Shown here in pieces: positions 10,892 to 21,071 of a stretch of 64,000 bases of DNA; position 1 is the stretch's first letter; every line of letters starts with the position of its first letter. This DNA comes from a virus (lineage: Duplodnaviria; Caudoviricetes), in the IMG/VR virus record IMGVR_UViG_2728369562_000003, positions 21,712 to 85,711 of that record; one strand, 5' to 3'. Made by a program: the position numbers and the translations under genes. The notes under the pieces are model-generated. The model did no database searches, was not told the DNA's origin, and saw nothing but the letters and a program-made list of their open reading frames with translations.

Positions 10892-10962
10892 ACTGACACT
10901 CCTTTATATCAATTTTACAGAAGAAGGGTGAAGGATTCACTATAAATAAAAAAAGACATCAG

Positions 10963-11430
10963 CTAAGATGCCTTTCCTTTAACTTTCTCATCTTTAACCT
11001 GTTCAAGCAGACTCTTTAAATAAACGGCGCTAATTCGTCTACGTGTTTCCCTAGCTATCATTTTCAACAATACTAATATTATTAGTGTTGTTACAGTGAA
11101 AGCCCACCAGAAGTTAACCTTTAAATAAAACTTTGCTGAAAGTGCAATTAAAGCAACAATTGCTGCTAAGTATTTTGAGTGATCAAATTGAGATTCGACT
11201 TTTGTTGCTTTAGCAATGCCATAAAATAAGCCATCATTGTCTAAACTTCTTAAAAGATCTAACATATCAATAGAATTCCCTTCGGACTTTATTGAAAAAT
11301 TAGATTCTATAAACTGGTGAAATTGCTCTTCAGATGAAGTTAAGAAAAAGTGCTTAGCGTCTTCTTTGGTCCATTCTTTAACATCTTTATACTTTATTTC
11401 GATTTTCTTCTTAAATGGCCACATTATCAT
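10963..11430 (-). CDS. Two-TM membrane protein, paralog of 9480-9902
   Basis: Shared motifs QFDHSKYL/QFDHTKHL and YLKSLLEQVKDEK/YLSDLLGMIKKEK. Confidence 0.8.
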   Translation of the reverse strand: MIMWPFKKKIEIKYKDVKEWTKEDAKHFFLTSSEEQFHQFIESNFSIKSEGNSIDMLDLLRSLDNDGLFYGIAKATKVESQFDHSKYLAAIVALIALSAKFYLKVNFWWAFTVTTLIILVLLKMIARETRRRISAVYLKSLLEQVKDEKVKGKAS

Positions 11431-11448
11431 TAGATCACCTCAAAGTGA

Positions 11449-11474
11449 TTATCGACTAAAATGAGGAAATTTTA
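11449..11474 (-). promoter_or_regulatory. Putative sigma-D promoter
   Basis: TAAA-N14-GTCGATAA, same spacing as the copy at 9925-9950. Confidence 0.5.
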
Positions 11475-11565
11475 ACGATCTTTTATACTGAAGCAAAATC
11501 CCTCAGATGAGGAATCTTGATTCTGCATAAAAGAGGGATTTTATTTGGAAGAAGGAGAGGAGGGA

Positions 11566-12573
11566 TTAAGAGAATATTTTATTCTTCTCTTCTTCAAATT
11601 CCCTGAGATCATAGTGGGCAATGGTAGTTGATACATCTTCGTGGTGTGCAACATATTTTGAAACGAGCTTTAAATCCACTCCACTTTCAAGAAGATATGT
11701 TACACAAGAGGCTTTAAATATATGAGGATTAACTCTTCGCTGGAGAATATCGCTTAAAACATTTGAACAAAAATAATCAGCCCATGACTTTGAAGCTTGT
11801 TTAACTTCGCCACCGTATTTAGTTGAAAATATGTATTCCGATTCATAGCCTCTTTTCTCAACCCATAAACGCATGTATTTTAATGCCTCAAGATTAATCA
11901 TATAAGGCTCTACCTTTCCATCATCACCTTGTCCCTTTAGTCGCACATTATGACTGTATACAAACGTCTTACCATCAGGTATTGGGTAATCAAGTATTTC
12001 TGTTTTGAATTGTATAATTTCACTTCTTCTAGCTCCAACATTAAAGGCAGTTGCAAGCCAGGCCATACCTAAATAATTCTCGTCCTTTTCAAGTACATCC
12101 ATCATATCTTTGTACTCATCAAAAGTAATTTTCACTTTGTCATATACTTTGTTCTTAGGGATAGGAGGGAGCCCTCGAGTTAAATTTCTAAAACTACGGT
12201 ACTCTTTGAAATCCTCGTCATCAGCAATAACATTCTCGATGTAGTTAAACATGGATGAAACACAAGCTTTTTTAAAGCTTTGTGCAGATGAGGAGAGTTT
12301 GCGGTTATCACGAAGGTAGCTTAAATAACGAAGAATGTCTCTTTTGGTAAGCTTATATAAAGGTTTGTTATTCATTGATTGATACACGTAATATCCAAAC
12401 TGTCTAAGTCCAGATTGATATTGTTTTTTTGTTGCTGGGCTAAAGTTTTGAACAGTAATGAACTCATCAACAATTGTTCTTAATTCATCGTTTACGTGTT
12501 GCCACATTTCGTCTGTGATTTCAGGGAGTTTTTTAGCTCTATCCCGTAACATGTTTTTCTTTATTTTGGCCAT
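11566..12573 (-). CDS. yomM: Tyrosine recombinase/integrase family protein YomM
   Basis: GARRSE, PHIFK, AHH...HY motifs; likely start MAKIKK at 12573. Confidence 0.85.
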   Translation of the reverse strand: MAKIKKNMLRDRAKKLPEITDEMWQHVNDELRTIVDEFITVQNFSPATKKQYQSGLRQFGYYVYQSMNNKPLYKLTKRDILRYLSYLRDNRKLSSSAQSFKKACVSSMFNYIENVIADDEDFKEYRSFRNLTRGLPPIPKNKVYDKVKITFDEYKDMMDVLEKDENYLGMAWLATAFNVGARRSEIIQFKTEILDYPIPDGKTFVYSHNVRLKGQGDDGKVEPYMINLEALKYMRLWVEKRGYESEYIFSTKYGGEVKQASKSWADYFCSNVLSDILQRRVNPHIFKASCVTYLLESGVDLKLVSKYVAHHEDVSTTIAHYDLREFEEEKNKIFS

Positions 12574-12586
12574 TAATTCACCGCCA

Positions 12587-13006
12587 TTAGTCTGTTTTAA
12601 TTCCATCTGCTTTTAAATCTTTTTTAAGTGCTGCAGTTAATCGTCCATCTTTTAGGGTCTCAGCGGTATTCTTCATAAAAGGACGAGGTTTACCATAGCC
12701 ATATCCATATGAATCAGGGTATGTATAACCCTGACCGGTTTCAATGACTGTAGCAACGTCTTTCCCGTCATCCTCTATAATATTGTCCAATGTCACCCCG
12801 TCACTTTCATTGGTGATTATAAAAGAACCTCTAATTTGTCCTGTGCGTTCATAAAGAAGGGGATTATATGCACCGTAAACATCTTCATCTACATGTTCCT
12901 GTCCTGTTTTCACCATAATTTGTTTTACATTACTGGAAGACTTATGTATAGATTGAATTGCAGCTTGTTCAACTATAGCTTTGATTTCTTTTATGTTTTT
13001 CGCCAT
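12587..13006 (-). CDS. yomN: YomN-like virion/tail protein
   Basis: 139 aa with RTG and PRPFM motifs typical of HK97 gp10-like tail components; synteny. Confidence 0.7.
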   Translation of the reverse strand: MAKNIKEIKAIVEQAAIQSIHKSSSNVKQIMVKTGQEHVDEDVYGAYNPLLYERTGQIRGSFIITNESDGVTLDNIIEDDGKDVATVIETGQGYTYPDSYGYGYGKPRPFMKNTAETLKDGRLTAALKKDLKADGIKTD

Positions 13007-13494
13007 TATTGTACGTCAGTGCTTTTCTCAATTTCTTCGACCTTCAGAAGGATAAGATTATTTGCTTCTTCCTGAGATTTTTTTGATAGCTCATCTATAT
13101 TTTGTTGCAGCATAACAGTAGCTTTACCCAGTTTTTCTAAGCTCTCTTTAGGGAAGCTATTGATAATCAATGGGAAGAACTCTGAGTCTACAAGTTTAAG
13201 ATACCATTTGACTTTATTTTTAATGTCGTTTGGAATACCCAGGTCTGTAAATTCTTTGATTAGTGAAAAGAATGCCCAATGGACTTGATTTATATCCTTG
13301 AAGGATTTGATACCTGCTTCTTTTGCTTCTTGTTGGTCAGAAATCAATCCTGATAACATTTTTGTTAACCGAGAAGGGGAGAAGTATGGATAGATGAATA
13401 CATGTACGTCATCAGTTAATTGGATTTTTTCTTTCTTATCATACTTATTGACCCTTTCCTCGATTAAACCTAAATTCAACTTTTTTGATGCCAT
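13006..13494 (-). CDS. yomO: YomO-like phage protein
   Basis: Synteny, AAGGAGG RBS. Confidence 0.7.
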   Translation of the reverse strand: MASKKLNLGLIEERVNKYDKKEKIQLTDDVHVFIYPYFSPSRLTKMLSGLISDQQEAKEAGIKSFKDINQVHWAFFSLIKEFTDLGIPNDIKNKVKWYLKLVDSEFFPLIINSFPKESLEKLGKATVMLQQNIDELSKKSQEEANNLILLKVEEIEKSTDVQ

Positions 13495-13583
13495 TTAATT
13501 TCCTCCTTTTATATCCTCCATATAGAAAAGACACCCATCAATCTTTGTGAGGTGTCACTTTTGTTAAAAGCAATGTTTAAATG

Positions 13584-14882
13584 TTATTCTAACGGTATTA
13601 CAGCGTCCATATAGTAACCCGTCACATTGCTGTCATCATTTGAGTGAATACCTGTCAGCTTCATATCTCCACTAGCGTTAATAAATAATTTACTATAGCC
13701 AGTAGTACCTGAAACAGGAACCATCTTGGCCGCCCCATTTGCCGGTAATCCGTCAGATGGAATTGTTCCACAAACGACCTCTCGTGTTGCTTTAATATGC
13801 CCTCGCAATAAAAGCAGGCTGCCCCATCTCGCGTACTGGAACGGTCTGTCACCAGTAGCTGCTCCATTTTTCAGAGTGACGCTTTGCCATGTAGCCTGGG
13901 TAGGAACGAATTCAATCCATTTAGACCATGTTACTGAATCGTACTTACGGATGCGATAGAGAGATTTTAGACCATTAGTAGCGTCATATGCAGTTTGAAC
14001 GAGCGTATTTCCATAACTCATAACTAGGAGAAAGCATTGAGTCAACCCAGGCCCATTTAACCCAGTATTGTATATTAAATACATACCAGTATCAGTGATT
14101 TCGTTATAATCTGTAGTTTCGCTGTTGTTTTTATAAAATACTTTGCCGTTGTCTTGTGTTAGTTTGGAAAGCTGAGCACCATTCCACTTGTCCTTATCTT
14201 CTTTCGTTACATGAATATCTGTTTTATTTGCATGAGCATTAACTTTCGCTTGGGCCCCTGCTGAATATTCTATCTCCATCCAAGGTGTCCAGTTTTCTGC
14301 TCCGCTAACCTTGTTGCGCATAAATTTTCTTCTAGTCTCCGGAATTGTTGTTGTTGCGCCACTATATGCTGTGAACTCTTGATATGGATATGTTCCGTAG
14401 TTATATACCAATAAATATCCATTGGAATTCACAGGGGCGTTCAGTGAAGTTGACACCGAAGTTATATAATAGAATCCCGACTCAATGACAGAATTGAAGT
14501 CTACCTCAGATAAGTATTTCGTCAAACCATTGTCTTGTGTTAATTTTGATAACTGAGCAGCATTCCACTTGGTACGCTCAGAGTCAGTAACATGAATTTT
14601 AGTGTCTTTAACATGTGTATCAAACTCTATTTTTGTTGCTTGTTTGTCATTTGTTAGATTGCTAAGTCCAACCTGTTGTTTTGTAACTTGGTGTGGATTG
14701 CCTATATCTTTCATGTGTTTTATTAGCTCATAATTTTGATACTCCATAAAATCATTAACCTTATCGGTCAATTCTTGTTCATGATCAGTCATGCGCTTCT
14801 CGTTTTGCGAGAGTAAAGCTTTTAGGTTGTTTATTTGTTCATTGTTTTGCTTTAATTGACCAACAAATTTACTGCTACTCAT
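13584..14882 (-). CDS. yomR: Tail fibre-like protein (YomR-like N-terminus, two pyocin-knob-like repeats)
   Basis: NPHQVTKQQVGL motif; duplicated HVT..KWN.AQLSKLTQDNG plus GFYYI/GMYLI knob repeats. Confidence 0.65.
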   Translation of the reverse strand: MSSSKFVGQLKQNNEQINNLKALLSQNEKRMTDHEQELTDKVNDFMEYQNYELIKHMKDIGNPHQVTKQQVGLSNLTNDKQATKIEFDTHVKDTKIHVTDSERTKWNAAQLSKLTQDNGLTKYLSEVDFNSVIESGFYYITSVSTSLNAPVNSNGYLLVYNYGTYPYQEFTAYSGATTTIPETRRKFMRNKVSGAENWTPWMEIEYSAGAQAKVNAHANKTDIHVTKEDKDKWNGAQLSKLTQDNGKVFYKNNSETTDYNEITDTGMYLIYNTGLNGPGLTQCFLLVMSYGNTLVQTAYDATNGLKSLYRIRKYDSVTWSKWIEFVPTQATWQSVTLKNGAATGDRPFQYARWGSLLLLRGHIKATREVVCGTIPSDGLPANGAAKMVPVSGTTGYSKLFINASGDMKLTGIHSNDDSNVTGYYMDAVIPLE

Positions 14883-15247
14883 TAGCTCACCGCAATCCCT
14901 TTAACAGATACATCACCATTAACTGAGGATACTTCAAACATAACTTTAAACACTCCAGCGACATCAAAATCCCAATATTCATTTGTATTCAACGTGCTTG
15001 ATGCAAGTTGAAAGTCTTTTTTGTTAGTACCACTTAAGACTGATTTTTCACCATTTTCGTCGATTGCATAAAACTTAACTTCCCGTGAAGTTGAGGAACC
15101 AGAGATCTTAACAGTAAGTTCCCGAAAATGATCCACTACAAATTCTTCACCTTCTGATGGGGCAGTTGTTGCTTCATGAAATGTAAATGAAGTTTTGTCT
15201 GGAATCGTGATGACGACACTTTCAGTCGTTTCTGTCAACAACTCCAC
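14882..15247 (-). CDS. yomS: YomS-like phage protein
   Basis: Synteny and recalled similarity. Confidence 0.7.
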   Translation of the reverse strand: MELLTETTESVVITIPDKTSFTFHEATTAPSEGEEFVVDHFRELTVKISGSSTSREVKFYAIDENGEKSVLSGTNKKDFQLASSTLNTNEYWDFDVAGVFKVMFEVSSVNGDVSVKGIAVS

Positions 15248-15301
15248 CTCCTTAATTTGAATAAAAACTGTCTTTTATCTAGAAAAACAAGAGGGGAGGA
15301 C

Positions 15302-15529
15302 TTATTCAAAAAGCCCATCCTCTTGTAACTTATTCCATATACCTTCCCAAGCTGGGGTAGAAGAAGGGGATGACTGAAGCGAACTTAAAGGTTCGTACTC
15401 ATTGAAGTCGCCTTCAAAGCGTTGCTTGAAATCATCAACACTGATATAGGATCCATCTGATAGCAATAGAAATTTTTGTTCCAAACCATCAAATTGTGTA
15501 AACAGACCACATACTTCATCAAATGTCAT
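15302..15529 (-). CDS. yomT: YomT-like small acidic protein
   Basis: ATG overlaps youA stop (TAATG coupling); MTFDEVCGLF... Confidence 0.7.
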   Translation of the reverse strand: MTFDEVCGLFTQFDGLEQKFLLLSDGSYISVDDFKQRFEGDFNEYEPLSSLQSSPSSTPAWEGIWNKLQEDGLFE

Positions 15530-16140
15530 TATTCCATCCCCCAAACAACGATTTTCAACCCAGTTATATCAACTGTACCGGCTGCTTTAACTGTCAGATG
15601 TATTTTTGGAGCAGTGAAAGTTAATTGTTTTTGCAAAGGATAGTTCTGAACAAAGGCAATGCTGTTGAATAGAACAGAATTATCGTTACCTGATGTAGTT
15701 GCAGAATAAAATGGAATGTTTTTCGGTACGGAATAAATACTTGCTAAAACTTTGCTGTTTGAGCTGTCTGTTTGAGTTGTGTACATAGCAACACCGTAAG
15801 TTCTGAAAACACCAAGTGAATCGATTAGATCAACTGTATAAGACTTAGTTGCACCTGTAGCTACGGTATCAGCATCAGTAACAACAAATTCAGAATAGGA
15901 TTTTTGAACTTGGGTTTTAATTGCTGCAGTGTTTTTAACCAAAACAGGAACAGAAGCCGTATTAGTTATATTTACATCAAGTGATGTGTTGGCCACATTA
16001 ACATTAAGAGGCTGGTCATTATTAAGACCAACCTCCAAAGGGACAGTGGAACGTTCAATTGATACAGCAGTTATGGGATTACCTGTCCCATCATCTTTTG
16101 CAGAGGTGTATTTATCACCGTCCTGGTTTAAAAAAGCAAT
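15529..16140 (-). CDS. youA: YouA-like virion protein, probable non-canonical ATT start
   Basis: AAGGAGG 8 nt upstream of in-frame ATT at 16140 (IAFLNQDGDKYTSAKDDGTG...), extending ORF 15529..16038. Confidence 0.7.
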   Translation of the reverse strand: MAFLNQDGDKYTSAKDDGTGNPITAVSIERSTVPLEVGLNNDQPLNVNVANTSLDVNITNTASVPVLVKNTAAIKTQVQKSYSEFVVTDADTVATGATKSYTVDLIDSLGVFRTYGVAMYTTQTDSSNSKVLASIYSVPKNIPFYSATTSGNDNSVLFNSIAFVQNYPLQKQLTFTAPKIHLTVKAAGTVDITGLKIVVWGME

Positions 16141-16157
16141 AATAAACGCCTCCTTAA

Positions 16158-16952
16158 TTATTCAGTTGTTCCACCAAGATCTGAGCTTTGAGTTGAACCT
16201 GTTGTATCCTCAACCGGAGCTGCAGTATTGTCATCTCTACTTGCTTCGATTACTACAGCCATTTCGTCTGTATCTGTATCTGCTAATGCTTCAAACTTAA
16301 TTTCAGGTGCTAGAGCATTTCCATTTTCTAATGACATTTCAAATTCCCCTGAAGGAGAAACGTTAGGGAACTGGATATAGATGTCACTGTAAACTTCTTC
16401 TGTATCAGGATTATAAGCAATAGTGCGATATTCAACTTCATATCGTTCTGAGAACTTGCTGGCTTTAATGGCTAAACGTCTACCGACTTTTTCAATTTGA
16501 TACACTGCTGTTAGTTTGTCTTTAGCAGCTGCAAATGCTGTTGGAATTGTATATGTACCATCAGTTGAAATAGCAATCTTATATGTTAAACCTTTTTTGT
16601 TATAGAAAGTTACATCGCTTACAGGTTTTCCTTTTAGAGTAACTTTGTTTGTATCATCTACAATCAGTCCATGTTCTCTATCGAAAACCTTTACTTTTGT
16701 TTCCTCTTGAATAGTTTCACCCTGTGTCATTGCAAGCCATTCTAAATCAAAGAAAGCATTTTTGACAGTTAGGTTAATTTCCTTCTCAGATTTAAGAATG
16801 TAAAGTGGTTTATTTCCGATTCCACCTCTGAGTTTTTCTTCGGAGATTGCTTGGGAGAATGATGCTGTTTGTGCCTCGGCTGTGAATACAAGCTTACCGT
16901 CAGATTTTCGTTTGAAATAAACGTCAGCTGTATCTTGAATAACTGTTTTCAT
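16158..16952 (-). CDS. yomU: Major tail (tube) protein YomU
   Basis: 264 aa beta-rich, RGGIGN motif, synteny. Confidence 0.8.
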   Translation of the reverse strand: MKTVIQDTADVYFKRKSDGKLVFTAEAQTASFSQAISEEKLRGGIGNKPLYILKSEKEINLTVKNAFFDLEWLAMTQGETIQEETKVKVFDREHGLIVDDTNKVTLKGKPVSDVTFYNKKGLTYKIAISTDGTYTIPTAFAAAKDKLTAVYQIEKVGRRLAIKASKFSERYEVEYRTIAYNPDTEEVYSDIYIQFPNVSPSGEFEMSLENGNALAPEIKFEALADTDTDEMAVVIEASRDDNTAAPVEDTTGSTQSSDLGGTTE

Positions 16953-16987
16953 CTAATTGTTGCCTCCTTAAATAATAAAAAAGACAG

Positions 16988-17716
16988 CTATGCGCTGCCT
17001 TTACCAAAACCTTTAGTTTGTTTCATGAAACTTTCTCTACTTATGTAGTGTTTTTCTTCTTCATATAAGTCGATATGTTTTCCCCAGCTTTCCATGTGTT
17101 TGGCAGCATCAGGTGAAACGGTCGCAAACAGGGTGGAGGTATCGTACTGTTTGAATTGACCTATTCTGTAGTAAGTCATGTATAACTGAAACAGAGTCAT
17201 TTCATTTATATCTTTGTACAAATATCCAGTGTGAGCAGCAACACTGCTCATGATGTCAGCCATATCAACCATATCTGAATCCTGACTTTTCACCCTTTTG
17301 CTGCGCTCGTTAGCTCGCTGTATCTCTGGGTTAGAGCTGATTTTTTCCTCTTTTAGACAAGACATTCTCAAGACCAATTCTCTTAGGGCTTCAAAGTTTT
17401 CCGGTGTAAGTTTCTCTAAAATTTCAACGCCATTAAAAACTGTACTAAATATTACTTCATACGCTTCTTTAAAATTCGGAAGGATACTTGTAATTTCAAA
17501 TAATGACAGTTTTTTAAGTTCGGCAATAAGACCGTCTAATTGGCCAAATTGATTATTTTCCTTTTTGCTGTAAGTATAAATAATCTCTTTCTTAGACATC
17601 TTAAACCAGCTGAGGTACGGAGTTAAAAAAGCATATTCCTTAACTTTTATAAACCGACAATCGCCAAATTCAGTAGGGATTGGTTCACCGGTTATAAAGA
17701 ATTCACTATCAATCAT
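16988..17716 (-). CDS. yomV: YomV-like protein (possible tail assembly chaperone)
   Basis: DINEMTLFQL motif, synteny. Confidence 0.7.
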   Translation of the reverse strand: MIDSEFFITGEPIPTEFGDCRFIKVKEYAFLTPYLSWFKMSKKEIIYTYSKKENNQFGQLDGLIAELKKLSLFEITSILPNFKEAYEVIFSTVFNGVEILEKLTPENFEALRELVLRMSCLKEEKISSNPEIQRANERSKRVKSQDSDMVDMADIMSSVAAHTGYLYKDINEMTLFQLYMTYYRIGQFKQYDTSTLFATVSPDAAKHMESWGKHIDLYEEEKHYISRESFMKQTKGFGKGSA

Positions 17717-18219
17717 TTCATTGCCCCAAAGGTATAAATTAATTTATATCCGAGGTAACCATCAGGAGGATTAGTGATTAGTAGTCTTTTATAAGAGTTT
17801 GTCTTACCAATACCAGCAAAATTCTGATTGAACAAGAGCTTATTAATTCTGTCATTAATCTTAAGATTTCTAAATTCGGTTTCTTCAAAGGTGTTAATAT
17901 GGGTGAAAACATCAATCATCAAGTCTTGATCAAGAAGCATCGCACTTTGGTCGGATGGTTTTGGTAATGCGTTCCCTAAATAAACACAAATCCTACATAA
18001 TGGTGAATCCGATAGATCATCTGTTTTAGGTGCTCGCTTGAATATGGTATTGATTATAGCGGGAGAGTCATTTGTGGAGTCATAATAATTTTTGAGTGAT
18101 TGAACATCTGGATGAGAAGGGGAGAGAGGATCAGTTTTGTAATACAAGAGCCGATTCAGTTCAACATCATCCATAACTAATCTGAAGACTTTTGTCATCT
18201 GTTCAACAGTCATGCTCAT
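17713..18219 (-). CDS. yomW: YomW-like neck/tail completion protein
   Basis: Synteny, ATGA-type coupling. Confidence 0.7.
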   Translation of the reverse strand: MSMTVEQMTKVFRLVMDDVELNRLLYYKTDPLSPSHPDVQSLKNYYDSTNDSPAIINTIFKRAPKTDDLSDSPLCRICVYLGNALPKPSDQSAMLLDQDLMIDVFTHINTFEETEFRNLKINDRINKLLFNQNFAGIGKTNSYKRLLITNPPDGYLGYKLIYTFGAMK

Positions 18220-18866
18220 GTCTTTTCACCAACTTTCTTTTTGGCAACCAATTTTATTGTTCCGTGGTCTCCATAAACTTTAGAATAGTCTATATCATCG
18301 ACTTGATAATCTTCGCCAAAGAAGGTGAGGGTAAGTCCGATTTTCAATTTTTCATGAACAAGATAAGGAATTGTAATGTTTGCTTGACCATCTGGAAGAT
18401 TTACCGCCAATTCAGTGCCTTTTATTGAAGTTGTCCTTTCGAATATGCAGGGGACTTCAGTTTTTTCACCAGGTACTTTTTCATAAATTGGCTTACCTGT
18501 GATTTCGTTAATTTTGCCAGTATCGATTAGCTTGTCTTCTGAAGTAAGAAAAAATGATGTTCCACATATTTTTATCTCAGCCTTTTTGTAAATCTTATTA
18601 CTGAGAGGGTGGGAGGTGATGAGCCATGTTTCATCATTAAACTTAACAACTCCGCCACGATAAATGTCAGCAATTTCACCTAATATATATCTTGTAGAAC
18701 CATCGCCACTAGAGTACTTAGAGGTGATCATTACTGTTTTTTCGATTCCATCAATTGTGACTTTTTCAGATTCAAACCCCTTAAGGCCTTGTTGGAAAAT
18801 AAGCTTACCATCATGAAGAAGTTTATTATTAATGTTAACCTTGTGGTAATTACTGTAGTCCTTCAT
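18216..18866 (-). CDS. yomX: YomX-like head-tail joining protein
   Basis: Synteny; start MKDYSNY. Confidence 0.7.
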   Translation of the reverse strand: MKDYSNYHKVNINNKLLHDGKLIFQQGLKGFESEKVTIDGIEKTVMITSKYSSGDGSTRYILGEIADIYRGGVVKFNDETWLITSHPLSNKIYKKAEIKICGTSFFLTSEDKLIDTGKINEITGKPIYEKVPGEKTEVPCIFERTTSIKGTELAVNLPDGQANITIPYLVHEKLKIGLTLTFFGEDYQVDDIDYSKVYGDHGTIKLVAKKKVGEKT

Positions 18867-19104
18867 TCGAATCACCGTCTGTTACTAAGTTATCCCTAAG
18901 TCTGCTTAATTCACCACTTACTGTTAAAATAATGTCCCTGATTTCTGTGAGTTCAGGATCACTTAGCAGTTTTTTATTAAGGTATTTCTCCAATTTGAAG
19001 AGGACTGAATTGTTTCTCTTACACAGTTTATTGCAAACAACATCTAAGTCCTCAAGCTTTATTTGTCCATCTTTATGTGCCGATTTAACTTTAATTGTAC
19101 TCAT
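18850..19104 (-). CDS. yomY: YomY-like protein
   Basis: Synteny, coupled to yomZ. Confidence 0.7.
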   Translation of the reverse strand: MSTIKVKSAHKDGQIKLEDLDVVCNKLCKRNNSVLFKLEKYLNKKLLSDPELTEIRDIILTVSGELSRLRDNLVTDGDSNEGLQ

Positions 19105-19496
19105 AGATAATCCACCGCAGCGTTCAATATCAAGCGCTCAATTTCGTTTTTCTGATCTATTACACTTTGTTTAAGGGAATTGAGTTGCGTACCAAAGTTC
19201 TTGATCCCCACGTCATTAGTGAAGGGCTGCCACATATTCTCAAACAAGGTCTTTTTATTTAACAAAAAGATGTATCTCAAGAAGTGTGCAAGAATAAGAA
19301 GATCATCCTCAGATAATTCCCGATTAACAGTTTCAGTTGAATTATCAGCTTTTAAATTGTCTCTAAGCCGGTTATTGAAATGAAGGATTGCATTTCGAAT
19401 TGATTTATAAATGTCCTCTTCTTCTTGAGGAACATCAAAATCGGACGTCTCGCAGTTGTTTAAAAAGGTTTCCCATATTTGATCATAAGATGTCAT
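19101..19496 (-). CDS. yomZ: YomZ-like head-tail connector
   Basis: Synteny, GAGGAGG RBS. Confidence 0.7.
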   Translation of the reverse strand: MTSYDQIWETFLNNCETSDFDVPQEEEDIYKSIRNAILHFNNRLRDNLKADNSTETVNRELSEDDLLILAHFLRYIFLLNKKTLFENMWQPFTNDVGIKNFGTQLNSLKQSVIDQKNEIERLILNAAVDYL

Positions 19497-19510
19497 AAAA
19501 ATCCCTCCTC

Positions 19511-19981
19511 TTAGTCAAAGAGAAGGGAAGGATCAGCGACTCCCATCCAATCAGCCAAAACTTTTAATTTGCCTGCAGCAATGTCATCGCTAAATTCTGA
19601 AGCAACGTCAATAATAAATTGTTTCTCAGAATCCACTGTGATTTTATCGAGCTTATTTTTTAGTTGAGCAATATTTCCTGATTTAATCATCTTTTCAATT
19701 TCTTCTTTGGTATGGATGTTATTTTCATAAGCCTCCGACTCAACAATAGAATCTTTAATTTCTTTGGTGGTATCATTATCTTCAACAATAACTAATTCAC
19801 CTTTATCGAAACAAACGCTATTCATTGTGAGCCATTCAACAACTTCTTTTGGAACTTCTTTAATATCAGCCTTCCCATTTTTACTTCCAGCCCAAGTGTA
19901 TTGTTTATGTCCGCCATCGCCGGTATACCCAACAAAATAAGATGTACTTCTGTATCGTGCTAACTTAATTTTTTCAGTCAA
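19511..19981 (-). CDS. yonA: YonA-like phage protein
   Basis: Synteny, AGGAGG RBS with TTG start. Confidence 0.75.
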   Translation of the reverse strand: MTEKIKLARYRSTSYFVGYTGDGGHKQYTWAGSKNGKADIKEVPKEVVEWLTMNSVCFDKGELVIVEDNDTTKEIKDSIVESEAYENNIHTKEEIEKMIKSGNIAQLKNKLDKITVDSEKQFIIDVASEFSDDIAAGKLKVLADWMGVADPSLLFD

Positions 19982-20016
19982 ATTTATATCCTCCTAAAAA
20001 ATCCTCATATTTTGAT

Positions 20017-21033
20017 TTAGATAGATACTGCAGCTTGTTCTTCAATAATTCCGATTGCTTCTCCAAAAAGAAGGTTAACAGAAGCATCTTGAACAATTTT
20101 CATTTTGATTCTTTCATCTTCGATATCTTGTTCTGTCAATTGACGCAGTCCGCCATACTCAACAACAGAAAATGGTTTTTGAGAAACGCCGCCGGCAAAC
20201 ATATAACCTTTGTTGACAGGAAGTTCGACTTTACTATTTGTATCATCTGTAAATGGGTTAGTGAGGTTAACAGCAGTTGTTCTGCCGATAGTTGTTGGAT
20301 TTAGAGCAGTAAGGAGCTCGCCTTTTACTTCTTCTGTTAAGAAGTTCTTATACGTAGAGTCTGTTCCTTGTTGGAATGCGAAGTAGTCAATGAGAAGAGT
20401 GTCAGCGACGAAGATTGGTTTTCCACCATAACGTTGAAGCACGGAAGCTACTTTGTTGTATTGTTGAAGAGTAAGGTTTGAGCCTGTTTGAACATTTTTT
20501 GCAGGGATTTTACCAGCTGTAATTGCGCTTGCTGTTAATTGATGAATTTTATCGAGGTACAAACGTACTTTAGCATCTGCAATATCATTCACCAATTTAT
20601 TAAAATATACAATTGAATCTGTTACGAGATCTAGGGGTTCATAATAGAAACCTGTTGACATAGTTTTCGGAACAGCAGGAACTGACTCTTGCCCTTCAAC
20701 ACGAACTAAATCAACGCCAGAACCAGTAGCAGACCAAATGACTTTTGCCTTATTCTTTTTTGGAATTTTAATTTCTTTAATATTGCCTCTTTTTTCTTGT
20801 TGGACATTGGCCAAAAGGGAGAGAAGCTGAGTTACTTTTGGTTTCGCAATTTCATCAGCTTGTTCAACGACAAGGTTATTAAATTGATGGAGCATGGAAG
20901 GGTCAGGTGTAGTACCGCCATCACCAAACACTTTCTTAATGTAAGTTTGGATATCAGCTTGGTCTGTACCGTCCATTTTGTTATTTAATACACGGCTAAA
21001 CAAGCCTTTGATTTTCACAGTATCTAATTTCAT
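20017..21033 (-). CDS. yonB: Major capsid protein YonB
   Basis: 338 aa, position in head module. Confidence 0.8.
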   Translation of the reverse strand: MKLDTVKIKGLFSRVLNNKMDGTDQADIQTYIKKVFGDGGTTPDPSMLHQFNNLVVEQADEIAKPKVTQLLSLLANVQQEKRGNIKEIKIPKKNKAKVIWSATGSGVDLVRVEGQESVPAVPKTMSTGFYYEPLDLVTDSIVYFNKLVNDIADAKVRLYLDKIHQLTASAITAGKIPAKNVQTGSNLTLQQYNKVASVLQRYGGKPIFVADTLLIDYFAFQQGTDSTYKNFLTEEVKGELLTALNPTTIGRTTAVNLTNPFTDDTNSKVELPVNKGYMFAGGVSQKPFSVVEYGGLRQLTEQDIEDERIKMKIVQDASVNLLFGEAIGIIEEQAAVSI

Positions 21034-21071
21034 TTAAAATACTCCTTTTATTGAAATTTATTTATTATGTA

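Noticed and set aside
11527-12573. YomM plus the adjacent palindrome as an intI/attI-like platform for the 8-11.5 kb island
   Set aside because: No further sites seen between the island genes, which have their own promoters; YomM has HxxK rather than HxxR.
16130-16165. Programmed frameshift or readthrough fusing yomU to youA
   Set aside because: No slippery site before the yomU stop, and youA has its own strong RBS with an in-frame ATT.
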